A stretch of 64,000 nucleotides of DNA, from the NCBI GenBank assembly GCA_030867685.1, contig JAQOWU010000007.1:930001-994000 (forward strand), in the 5' to 3' direction. This document shows, piece by piece, positions 21,403-30,331 of this stretch. The notes under the pieces are model-generated. The model saw only the letters and a program-made list of their open reading frames with translations, ran no database searches and was not told where the DNA came from. Origin of the DNA: Wickerhamiella versatilis. Lineage: Eukaryota. The translations under genes were made by a program, and so were the position numbers. Every line of letters starts with the position of its first letter. Within the stretch, counting starts at the first letter, position 1.

Positions 21403-23136
21403 ATGGCTGAGAAGCGACAGGGAGAGAATGGCTCTGAGCCTGTCGCTAAACGGCCCACGCTCTCAGAGTCAGGCCCATTGACACTTGAAGATGTTGATGA
21501 ATTCCAGAAGGAGGCAATATGGCGTCAAATGAACTATTATCGGCGGGAGCGAGATGTCGCGTCTGCAGCGCTGAAAAATCTTGAGATTACGGATGACAAG
21601 GCGTCTGCTCTACTTCAAGAGCTTGAAGATGTTACCAAGAAGTATATTGAGGCAAGCAAGCAAGTCGAGCGACTCAAGAGCCCAACCGTTCAAAGATGCG
21701 CTCCCGACCAGCATACGTCAAATGCTGAGGTTAAAGAAGAACAAAAAGACACTAATAGCAACGAGGCTCCATCAGAAGAACTTCAGCAGAAGTTAGCCTC
21801 GCAGGAGGAAGAGCTTAAAGGCTTGAAGGGAATCAGTGATATTCGTGACGAGCAGCTCGCTAAGGCGGATGAGCGGATAGCCGAATTAGAGGCACAGATT
21901 AGAGACTTCGAAGTGCGTCTCTCAAGCCTCCCAGAAGACGTGGTCCGCAAAAGTGATATATATGTTGGTGTTGAGCGTCAGCTACGCGTAATGTTTTCAG
22001 AAAACCAACGCCTAGAAAGCGAATTACAGTCTTTGCGTAGGGATTTAGGCAATGCCAAAGCTGAACAGGCAGCGTTTGAGCTTAATGTGAGAGACCGCTT
22101 CGATACCGAAAGACAACAGTTGGAAAAGCGCCTAGCACAAGCTGAGGCTGATGTTACCAGAATACGAGGGGCCCGCGATGAGTTACTGAGTGAATTAAGT
22201 ATAGCCAAAAGCGGAACTGCGGAAAGGGAGATCACTCTTCGAAGATACAAAGAATTGGTTGCTGAGTTGGAAGCACGTATTAAGGCTGTAGAACGAACCG
22301 AGCCCCCACCCGTTGATGATACCGAGCCAGCCCCAGATGCTTCAGTCGAAGATCTAAAAGAAACTATAAAGAAGCTGACCCGGCAGAATAAGGCGCTGGC
22401 CGCCGAGATTCCAGGCCTGGAGCAAGCGTTCGCAAAAGCCCACAAGAAGTCGTCGTTGAAAATGTCCGAAATCACGGGGCTCGAGACGAAACTATCTGAG
22501 GCTGCAACATCCAAGGTGAAAGCCGACGAACGGTATTTTGGAGCTATGCGTGCAAAAGATGCGTTGAACGCCGAGTTTATAAGGGCTAAGGCAGCCTTGA
22601 CCAAGTCCTCAGAAATTGTGGCTGATCTTCGCGAGTCTGAGGCGCGCATAACCTCTCAACTCTCAAAATCGCGCCGCGAACTGGCAGAATCGGAAGCTGC
22701 AAAGGCCAAACTCCAGTCACAGTGTGCATATATTGAGACCAAAAGAGTAGACGCAGAGGCAAGAGTGAGTGCTCGAGAACACACAATTGACTCATTACAG
22801 CAACAGCTTAATGACAAGGAAGCTGCTTTGCAAGCTGCAGGGAACCAGCGACGTCGCAATGAGCAACAGATTGAAAAGCTGCGACGACAGGCGGAAACCC
22901 ACCGACTCACGAGTGGAGCCGGAGGCTCTGCGGCCATACAAGAGCAATTAGAATCCTTACGATCGATAGCTTTATGCTCAGTATGCCAAAAAAATTGGAA
23001 GGACACTGCAATTAAAATATGTGGACACGTGTTCTGCGGTGACTGCGTCCATTCGCGCCTGGCTGCGCGTATGCGGAAGTGTCCGATGTGTAACTGCTCC
23101 TTTGGTCAAGGTGACATTCTCACAGTCCACTTGTAA
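21403..23136 (+). CDS. BRE1: H2B E3 ubiquitin ligase Bre1
   Basis: PLT.EDV..FQKEAIWRQM..YRRE, KADERYFGAMR, C-terminal RING CSVC..NWKDTAI..CGHVFC. Confidence 0.95.
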   Translation: MAEKRQGENGSEPVAKRPTLSESGPLTLEDVDEFQKEAIWRQMNYYRRERDVASAALKNLEITDDKASALLQELEDVTKKYIEASKQVERLKSPTVQRCAPDQHTSNAEVKEEQKDTNSNEAPSEELQQKLASQEEELKGLKGISDIRDEQLAKADERIAELEAQIRDFEVRLSSLPEDVVRKSDIYVGVERQLRVMFSENQRLESELQSLRRDLGNAKAEQAAFELNVRDRFDTERQQLEKRLAQAEADVTRIRGARDELLSELSIAKSGTAEREITLRRYKELVAELEARIKAVERTEPPPVDDTEPAPDASVEDLKETIKKLTRQNKALAAEIPGLEQAFAKAHKKSSLKMSEITGLETKLSEAATSKVKADERYFGAMRAKDALNAEFIRAKAALTKSSEIVADLRESEARITSQLSKSRRELAESEAAKAKLQSQCAYIETKRVDAEARVSAREHTIDSLQQQLNDKEAALQAAGNQRRRNEQQIEKLRRQAETHRLTSGAGGSAAIQEQLESLRSIALCSVCQKNWKDTAIKICGHVFCGDCVHSRLAARMRKCPMCNCSFGQGDILTVHL

Positions 23137-23277
23137 TCTTAGTTTTCCCTAGGTACCCTCCTATATTCTTTCCTAGGTTAGTATTCTGTCATTTAATGTA
23201 TGGGTTAGTCAGTATAGCGCGTCTTGTTACTCACGCGTCTCGAGAGTGAAAGCATCTCAAAAACGGATACACACCGC

Positions 23278-26200
23278 ATGGCAGACTTCATATCATGGAG
23301 ATCAAGTCCAAATGCCTCGAGAGAACCGATAAATTCACAAGTGCTTCGTGATGCTGAGTCTCAGTCAAGTAAAGCTGCCAATGAACCAACAGCGCGAGCT
23401 ACTGATATACCCATTACCGACCCCGTTAACGAACTTTTGAATAAATTTTCTGGCGACTTACCTAGTTCTCCGCTCCTTTCAACAAGGAAAAGCCCCAAGG
23501 CCCGAAAGCGTGGACGTTCATTCTCAGGTCGAAGCCCTGTGGCCCCAGCGCAGAGAACTCGCACAGAGGTTCCAGATACCAGTGATGATATTAGTTTTGG
23601 TGAGCTACTAGAAAACTTTGGAGTGGATACAAGCAATACCTCTATGCCAGATACAAGTGAGGCAGTCTCAAGACGCTCTGTTCCCAACACGCCACAAAAA
23701 AATTCAGTGCTAGCTGCACCACAGAGTTCACCAAACCTTCTTGACATTGAGGACCTCGGTCCATTAACTCCTGCTTTTAAATATGTCCCGATTGACTTTC
23801 GGAATCGCCGTTCCCATAGATATGTGGTTCAATCGAGCAGCGCCGCGGGTACGTTCGAGTGTACGACCAGTGACGATAGAACCATCACATTGATTTTACG
23901 CGATTCATGGATTGGTGCTGATGTTAGAGCAGGTAATCATGTACATGTTATTGGTTTGCTCAAGGATGATGATGGCATAGTTGAGGTTTCGCACTCTAAC
24001 AACCGGTTGCTAATTGTTGAACCAGATACACTGATAACCATCACAAATGTGGCTACAGCGCTGGAGTGCGAAAGACAGGTTGCTTTGACAAAATATGTTC
24101 GTCCCCCATCAGAAGTTACGAAGCCCTTGTTGTATGGTACTATCACGCACGAATTCATTCAGCAATGTTTTCTTGTAAAGGACTTTTCGATAGAATTTAT
24201 GAGGCAGGCCCTTAATGATACAGTCGAGCACTACGTGGATGAGCTCTCACTCCTCGATATGACTTCGGATGAAGCTGTATCTGAGCTATCAGGTAAGTTA
24301 TCGACAATTCAACAATGGAGTCAAAAGTACCTAAAGGAGGGAGGTCGCACAGTTCCCAACGTGCCTGTTGCAGCTCATAGGGGGAGACTCACAATAGCAA
24401 TGGCACTTGAGAGGGTGGTCGATGTCGAGGAGGAAATACGTTCACCATTTCTAGGCCTGAGAGGTCGTATTGATGCAACTGTTGAAGTTTCCACGGCCGA
24501 TGGTGAAATAATGCTTGCACCACTAGAGATTAAAACTGGTAAGCGTGAAACTAGTGCTGCGCATCGTGCTCAGGCTATGCTTTACACGCTATTAATGCGT
24601 GAGCAGCATCCAGGCAATGCACACCCATGGAGCCTACTATGGTATGCTGATATTGGGACCATGATCGCCGTGGACCCAAGCTCTTTGGAGTTGCGGCAGT
24701 TGGTGCAAAAGAGAAATTCCTTGGTACGTGCTGTCTCTGGAGCAAATGTAACTCCTCTACCCCCGCCCACCACACAAATCCAGACATGCCAATTTTGTGC
24801 ATTTCAATCGGCTTGCTCAACTTACACACAATCAGCCGGAGAAACGCATGAGGCCGTCACAGATACTTATCCAGTGGACGATTTGGCGCTGAAGTTTTTT
24901 GAAAAATGGGATAATCTTATTACTCTTGAGAGTCTTCAAGAACCATTTCATCAGACCTCTCCTTGGTGGACAAATCTCAATGTGCCAAGGTATACATTAG
25001 ATGCGGCGGAAGAATCTTCGGGCGAGTATGTTCTTCGTATAGTTGACGGCATTCAGCATGAGGATATATTTCCCGGAACGAGAGTGATTCTCAGCACACC
25101 CCATCATCTTGGAATTGCTCGAGGGTATTGTCTGCAGCCTGAAACACCTCTTTCGGGTTGCATCAAAATCAGATGTGATCGTCCCCTTCTTAGGTCCTCT
25201 AAGTATCGTGTTGACATTGAGTCATTTGATGCAGTAACGCCGATGGCCCGCTATAATCTGGTGCATCTAGTGGCAACCCCAGAACTGCCCCTTCGTGATC
25301 TAGTGGTGCACCTTCGTGCGCCCCGATTCATCGACAGCCATTCTGACATGCCTATTAAAGGACTGAATGAGGATCAAGCGCATGCCATAAGACTGGTTGA
25401 GCGTGCAGAAGACTACGCCCTCATACGAGGCATGCCTGGGACTGGCAAGACCACTACAACCGTCTCAATTATTCAGTTGATGTTGTCCCGCGGTCAATCT
25501 GTTCTAGTTACGGGTTATACGCATTCGGCTGTGGACAACATTGCTGCGAAGTTGATTTCACTAGGCACAAGCGTGCTTCGTTTGGGAAGTTCGGACAAAG
25601 TTCATCCTCTGGTTCGACCTTCTCTTAAATTTGATGGTGTGCCTCAGGTTGTCGCATGCACGGCACTCGGGATAACGGATCCTTATTTCAGCACAAGGGA
25701 GGCATTTGACTGGTGCATTGTTGATGAAGCTTCCCAGATATCACTTCCGGTATGCCTTGGCCCCCTTCGTCTAGCCCGACGCTTCGTGCTGGTGGGTGAC
25801 CATTACCAATTGCCACCACTTGTACGCTCTCTGGATGCCAAGTCTGGGGGTCTGGACCAGTCATTATTCAAGATTTTATGTGAGAAGTATCCCAATGCGG
25901 CTGCTAGTCTTACACGGCAGTACCGTATGTGTGAGGATGTTATGTTGCTATCGAGCCGCCTGGTTTATGGCAATGGCCTTATCTGTGGCTCGTCTGATGT
26001 GGCAGAGCAAAAGCTTGGTATCGAATTATCTGACACTGTTCAGGGGTGGCTACGTGATGCACTCAATCCCCGTAATAGGGTTGTATTTCTAAATACTGAC
26101 ACTGTGGATCGAGCGACTCAGGAGATCGCTCAGGCTGATGGGTCCAGTAATCCTGTGGAGGCTGACATAGTGCATAAAATCACTACAAATCTCCTCGAAG

Positions 26201-26535
26201 CTGGTGTTTCAGGTAAGGATATTGGTGTTATCAGTGTTTACCGTGCGCAAATTCAGCTGCTTCGTACTAGATTGCCACCAGATGTTGAGGTTCTGACTGC
26301 AGATCAGAGCCAGGGTCGTGATATGGATGTTGTAATCGTGAGCTTGGTCCGTTCAAACACAAGAAGCCGTACAGGGCTACTACTTCGCGACTGGCGACGA
26401 CTTAATGTCGCATTCACTCGCGCCAGGTGTAAATTGATCATTGTGGGATCGAGAGGTACACTTTTAGGTGGTACTGCATTGCATCCCTATATAGAGCTCA
26501 TTGAGCAGCGGGGCTGGCTGCGAAATGTATACTGA
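23278..26535 (+). CDS. DNA2: Dna2 nuclease/helicase
   Basis: Fe-S Cys motifs, GLRGRIDATV, PLEIKTGK, Walker A GMPGTGKTT, VDEASQI, LVGDHYQLPPLV, RRLNVAFTRA. Confidence 0.95.
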   Translation: MADFISWRSSPNASREPINSQVLRDAESQSSKAANEPTARATDIPITDPVNELLNKFSGDLPSSPLLSTRKSPKARKRGRSFSGRSPVAPAQRTRTEVPDTSDDISFGELLENFGVDTSNTSMPDTSEAVSRRSVPNTPQKNSVLAAPQSSPNLLDIEDLGPLTPAFKYVPIDFRNRRSHRYVVQSSSAAGTFECTTSDDRTITLILRDSWIGADVRAGNHVHVIGLLKDDDGIVEVSHSNNRLLIVEPDTLITITNVATALECERQVALTKYVRPPSEVTKPLLYGTITHEFIQQCFLVKDFSIEFMRQALNDTVEHYVDELSLLDMTSDEAVSELSGKLSTIQQWSQKYLKEGGRTVPNVPVAAHRGRLTIAMALERVVDVEEEIRSPFLGLRGRIDATVEVSTADGEIMLAPLEIKTGKRETSAAHRAQAMLYTLLMREQHPGNAHPWSLLWYADIGTMIAVDPSSLELRQLVQKRNSLVRAVSGANVTPLPPPTTQIQTCQFCAFQSACSTYTQSAGETHEAVTDTYPVDDLALKFFEKWDNLITLESLQEPFHQTSPWWTNLNVPRYTLDAAEESSGEYVLRIVDGIQHEDIFPGTRVILSTPHHLGIARGYCLQPETPLSGCIKIRCDRPLLRSSKYRVDIESFDAVTPMARYNLVHLVATPELPLRDLVVHLRAPRFIDSHSDMPIKGLNEDQAHAIRLVERAEDYALIRGMPGTGKTTTTVSIIQLMLSRGQSVLVTGYTHSAVDNIAAKLISLGTSVLRLGSSDKVHPLVRPSLKFDGVPQVVACTALGITDPYFSTREAFDWCIVDEASQISLPVCLGPLRLARRFVLVGDHYQLPPLVRSLDAKSGGLDQSLFKILCEKYPNAAASLTRQYRMCEDVMLLSSRLVYGNGLICGSSDVAEQKLGIELSDTVQGWLRDALNPRNRVVFLNTDTVDRATQEIAQADGSSNPVEADIVHKITTNLLEAGVSGKDIGVISVYRAQIQLLRTRLPPDVEVLTADQSQGRDMDVVIVSLVRSNTRSRTGLLLRDWRRLNVAFTRARCKLIIVGSRGTLLGGTALHPYIELIEQRGWLRNVY

Positions 26536-26848
26536 CTGAACCTTATTTATATGTGAATTCTTTTTTCAAAAGTAAATATATATATGCATAAGCATTACTG
26601 TAGCTATTTTATATTGTAGTAAGTATGTCCTTTGCTCGACTTATATGTTTTACTTTCTCAACCTTTCGTATATTATGCCGGTAGTTCCTATCCTATTCTT
26701 CGCTTCATTAGTACCTCTATAAAGAACTGAAATACAAGTTTGGCAACGTATGATGATGGTAGCTCATATCCTTCCCGTGACTAGTGACAGGATGATAAAT
26801 CACAAGCCTAATTGTGTAATCATCGTCATCTCATTATCATCCGGCATA

Positions 26849-27739
26849 ATGCACATCAGTCGTATGTTTCTTCACCCGGTAAAGGCGTTAAAGTCTATCG
26901 AGGTTTCAGAAGCAACTCTTGGGTCCTATGGGTTTGAATATGATCGGATCTATATGTTAGCGATGACACAGGAGGGTAGTGATAGTTACAAGTTCTATTC
27001 ACAACGACAGGATCCAAGGCTGGTCCTTGTTAAAACTGCCATAGATGATGGCTCTATTGTAATAAGCTATGAAAATCATGAGTTTCGACTACCGGCTAAC
27101 TCTGTGCATTCCTTTAGAGATGCACCGACGGTAAGTGTCTATATCTTCGACACACTTGTAGATTGCCTTGACGTAACGAGTCAGTTCGATATATACCCGT
27201 TGTTTAGCGCTGTTTTGGGGCCCTCTGATGCAAGGAAGCTTCGACTAGTCGCCCCCAGCCAACGGCGTACAGTCCCAACAAGCATCCCGGAAAATCTGCT
27301 CCCGGATGTGGACCACCCTTTACAGTTTGTATTTCAGGACAAATATCCAGTGCATTTAATAACCGATGCAAGCTTCAATTCCCTAAAAGACCACGTTGAT
27401 TCCCAGACTGATGGTAGTGAGGGCCTAGAAGTTCAGAGTTTCCGCCCCAACATGGTGGTGGAGACTGATGAACCTTGGGTGGAGGATGATTGGAGGGTCA
27501 TCCGGATTGGGGGCACTAAGTTTTTCGTCGCGGATACCCGCGAGCGGTGTCCTGTCCCCACTGTGGATGTCAACCAAGGCTATTTCCGTAAGTCCAAGGA
27601 ACCTTACAAGTCTCTAAGTAAATTCCGAATCCTCAAGCAGGGTGAAAGGCCGAGTTTTGGAGTGGATCTGGTGCATTTTGGCCGATCTCCCACGGTGCAC
27701 GTGGGAGATTCTGTGGAGGTCTTGGAGTCCGTTGCATAG
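26849..27739 (+). CDS. MOSC-domain (mARC-like) protein
   Basis: I..MFLHPVKAL, YDRIYML, FQDKYPVHL, FRPNMVV..PWVEDDW, RERCPVPTVD. Confidence 0.88.
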   Translation: MHISRMFLHPVKALKSIEVSEATLGSYGFEYDRIYMLAMTQEGSDSYKFYSQRQDPRLVLVKTAIDDGSIVISYENHEFRLPANSVHSFRDAPTVSVYIFDTLVDCLDVTSQFDIYPLFSAVLGPSDARKLRLVAPSQRRTVPTSIPENLLPDVDHPLQFVFQDKYPVHLITDASFNSLKDHVDSQTDGSEGLEVQSFRPNMVVETDEPWVEDDWRVIRIGGTKFFVADTRERCPVPTVDVNQGYFRKSKEPYKSLSKFRILKQGERPSFGVDLVHFGRSPTVHVGDSVEVLESVA

Positions 27740-27999
27740 ACAACTTGTTTTTACTCGTTGAATTATAATTTAACCCCTATATGTATTTATGACCAGCGCT
27801 TCACTCTTCCATCGGCCGCAGGATCAGATAATACTGTTCCTATCAACATCTGGCATGTGCGTAGAGGCCTTGTTATGTAATTCGTGGGTAAGGATAAGCT
27901 TGGATGTGTATACCCTTGCCCTTTTATGTGATGAACGTGTAGCACGTACAACTATAAAGACCCCAAGGTATCTCCGCTCTAAGTTTCACACTTAACACT

Positions 28000-28314
28000 A
28001 TGTCTGGACGTGGAAAAGGAGGCAAAGGACTCGGAAAGGGCGGTGCCAAGCGTCACCGCAAGGTCCTGCGCGACAACATCCAAGGTGTAACTAAGCCAGC
28101 TATTCGCCGTCTCGCTCGCCGTGGTGGTGTGAAGCGTATTTCAGCTCTTATTTACGAACATACCCGTATCGTCCTCCGTGGATTCCTGCACAAGGTCATC
28201 CGCGATGCGTATACCTATACGGAGTACGCGAAGCGTAAGACCGTGACCGTGCTTGATGTCGTTTACGCCCTCAAGCGCAATGGCCGAACTCTTTACGGTT
28301 TCGGTACTAAGTAA
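28000..28314 (+). CDS. Histone H4, divergent variant
   Basis: Canonical tail [20 protein letters not shown] with many histone-fold substitutions and a GTK C-terminus. Confidence 0.95.
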
Positions 28315-28796
28315 GTAATCTTTATATTTATTTAGCCTCATGTATGTGTATACACAAACTAGCTGAGTTAACCACCCCCACACGTTGTCGATTCTCGTGA
28401 TGACAGATCATTACCCATCATCAAAAAACGTCCGTCTAGAAACTCGCGATAGTTCGTGATTTTGAACGCATCCCTTTTTTTTGTTACGATTGAAATCGGC
28501 TTGACCATATTGTGACCGGTGGCTCTAGCTAAAATGTCCCATCCGTGGATTCGTTCGCGGTTGCAATGATCTGTCCGAGAGTTTTACTGAATTAAGTGAC
28601 TCTTGATCTTCTGGAAAAATCTGGGCCGCCCTGACTTCTAGTAATTAATTGATTTTTAATCTGTCTGTAGAACCAGTTCTAGTCTTTTTCAGTATTTTTT
28701 CTTGATTAAGTTGCAATATTATTCTGCGTTGTCCTGTATCCTACATCGTACCGCCCTGTTCGACCCACTCCTGCGGTCTCCATGATTAAGTGGCTA

Positions 28797-29042
28797 AAGT
28801 TCTAAGTACCTAGGTGGCTTTTGGTCTGTTTACCCTACTAAATTGGTTTGGTACTGAGCAAAGTTCTGGGTATTTAAGTGTCTTTTATTCTAGTCATCCT
28901 GCTAAATTGGTTTGGTGCTGAGCATTTAAGTGTCTTTTGGTCTGGTTATCCTACTAAGTTGGTTTGGTGCTAATTTCTAAGCATTTAAGTGCCTTTTGGT
29001 CTGGTTATCCTACTAAATTGGTTTGGTGCTGAGCAAACGTTC
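28797..29042. repeat. Degenerate minisatellite, 4 copies of about 50-65 bp
   Basis: Repeated core tttaagtgtcttttggtctggttatcctactaaattggtttggtgctgagca. Confidence 0.85.
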
Positions 29043-29414
29043 TATCTAGGTATGGTTCTTGTTCAATTGACTATCGAGCCAACCAATCTTGTGACCGGGT
29101 CCAATCCTATCTGTTTTCTTGGTTTTAGTATAATCTGGTTTAAACGTCACGATGTTAAGGCTTGGTCACATTTATCGAGCTATGTCTGGATAAATGATAA
29201 TAAGTTATACTGCTAATTTAGAATACATAACTCTAAACCTGGTTCAACCCGGACCACCTAGAGAAGAAAACAAGGAATAAAATAGAAGTACATACGTATA
29301 ATAACACGCGATAATTGCTAATATATAATGGCGTATATACCACCGAGCATATCAGTAGTGGTGGTACAATACACGGATTCGTCATCACACACTTGATCTG
29401 ACTGGGTTGGAGGA

Positions 29415-30077
29415 ATGCAGGACCCTAACGAGGATACTGAGTGGAACGAGCAACTACGAAAGTTTGGAATTCTCCCCGAGAGGCCAGAATCGCCCACAAA
29501 GCAAATAGAGGAGGCGTTCGAGCAGGCACTCGAGAAGCAGCATGCAAACAGACTAGAGGGCAAGTCTCTCGACGAGCTTGACGAACTCGACGAAGACGGC
29601 CTGGAGGACGAGGATTTCATTGAGCAATACCGCCACAAGCGCATGGCGGAAATTCAACAACAGGCTGCACGCGAGAGGTTCGGAGAGGTCGTACAAATCA
29701 CAAAATCCGAGTACAAGGACGAAATCACAGAAGCATCCAAAAACTGGCCCGTTTTTGTTCATATTTCGTCGAGCCAGTCTATCCAGTCCCGATTGTTGCA
29801 TGGGCTACTGCTGCGAGTTGCCCCGCGATATAAAGACATCAAATTCGTGGAAATCGACTGTTCGCAAATCAATGAACGCTTCCCGTTTTCACAATGCCCG
29901 ACTATCCTGATCTACAAAGAAGGGAATGTTGTATTCCAGCAAGTGACGCTTAGTGCATTTGGGGGCAATTCGGCGAACTTAAGGGACGTGGACGATATGC
30001 TGACGCGGGCAAAGGTCGTGGGTGAATCAGACCCGCGGTTGATAGTGAACAAGGACGAAGATTCAGAGGATGACTAG
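29415..30077 (+). CDS. PLP2: Phosducin-like protein
   Basis: MQDPNEDTEWN..LRKFGILP, YRHKRMAE, thioredoxin-like fold with PTILIY. Confidence 0.93.
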   Translation: MQDPNEDTEWNEQLRKFGILPERPESPTKQIEEAFEQALEKQHANRLEGKSLDELDELDEDGLEDEDFIEQYRHKRMAEIQQQAARERFGEVVQITKSEYKDEITEASKNWPVFVHISSSQSIQSRLLHGLLLRVAPRYKDIKFVEIDCSQINERFPFSQCPTILIYKEGNVVFQQVTLSAFGGNSANLRDVDDMLTRAKVVGESDPRLIVNKDEDSEDD

Positions 30078-30303
30078 GCTTGCAATCGTACTCTACGAAC
30101 TATGTAAATAATGCACCACGGTACGAATTTCGCACATGGCATGGAACTAAGCAAAGAGTCGGAACCTTCATATTACACAATAGAAGATGAGAAGGATCAA
30201 CTATTTCAAAAGGAAAAAAAATATTCATTAAGTAAATGTCTTCTTAACGTAATAAATAGGATCACCTAATTAAGCTGCCGGAGTCATAAAACTAATTCAA
30301 AGT

Positions 30304-30328
30304 ACGCGTGTTAGTCACGCCGACGCGT
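30304..30328. promoter_or_regulatory. Tandem MCB (ACGCGT) elements; single MCBs also at 10541 (NUF2) and 23233 (DNA2)
   Basis: ACGCGT at 30304-30309 and 30323-30328 before a G1/S replication gene. Confidence 0.7.
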
Positions 30329-30331
30329 CAA

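Noticed and set aside
28305-28340. GTAAGT at the H4 stop as a splice donor restoring a canonical C-terminus
   Set aside because: No suitable branch point and acceptor, and it would not restore GG
28396-28592. Box C/D snoRNA (GTGATGA ... CTGA)
   Set aside because: No terminal stem or recognisable rRNA guide; spacing is too long
28797-29042. CRISPR-like array
   Set aside because: Units are degenerate tandem copies without unique spacers; eukaryotic context with no cas genes
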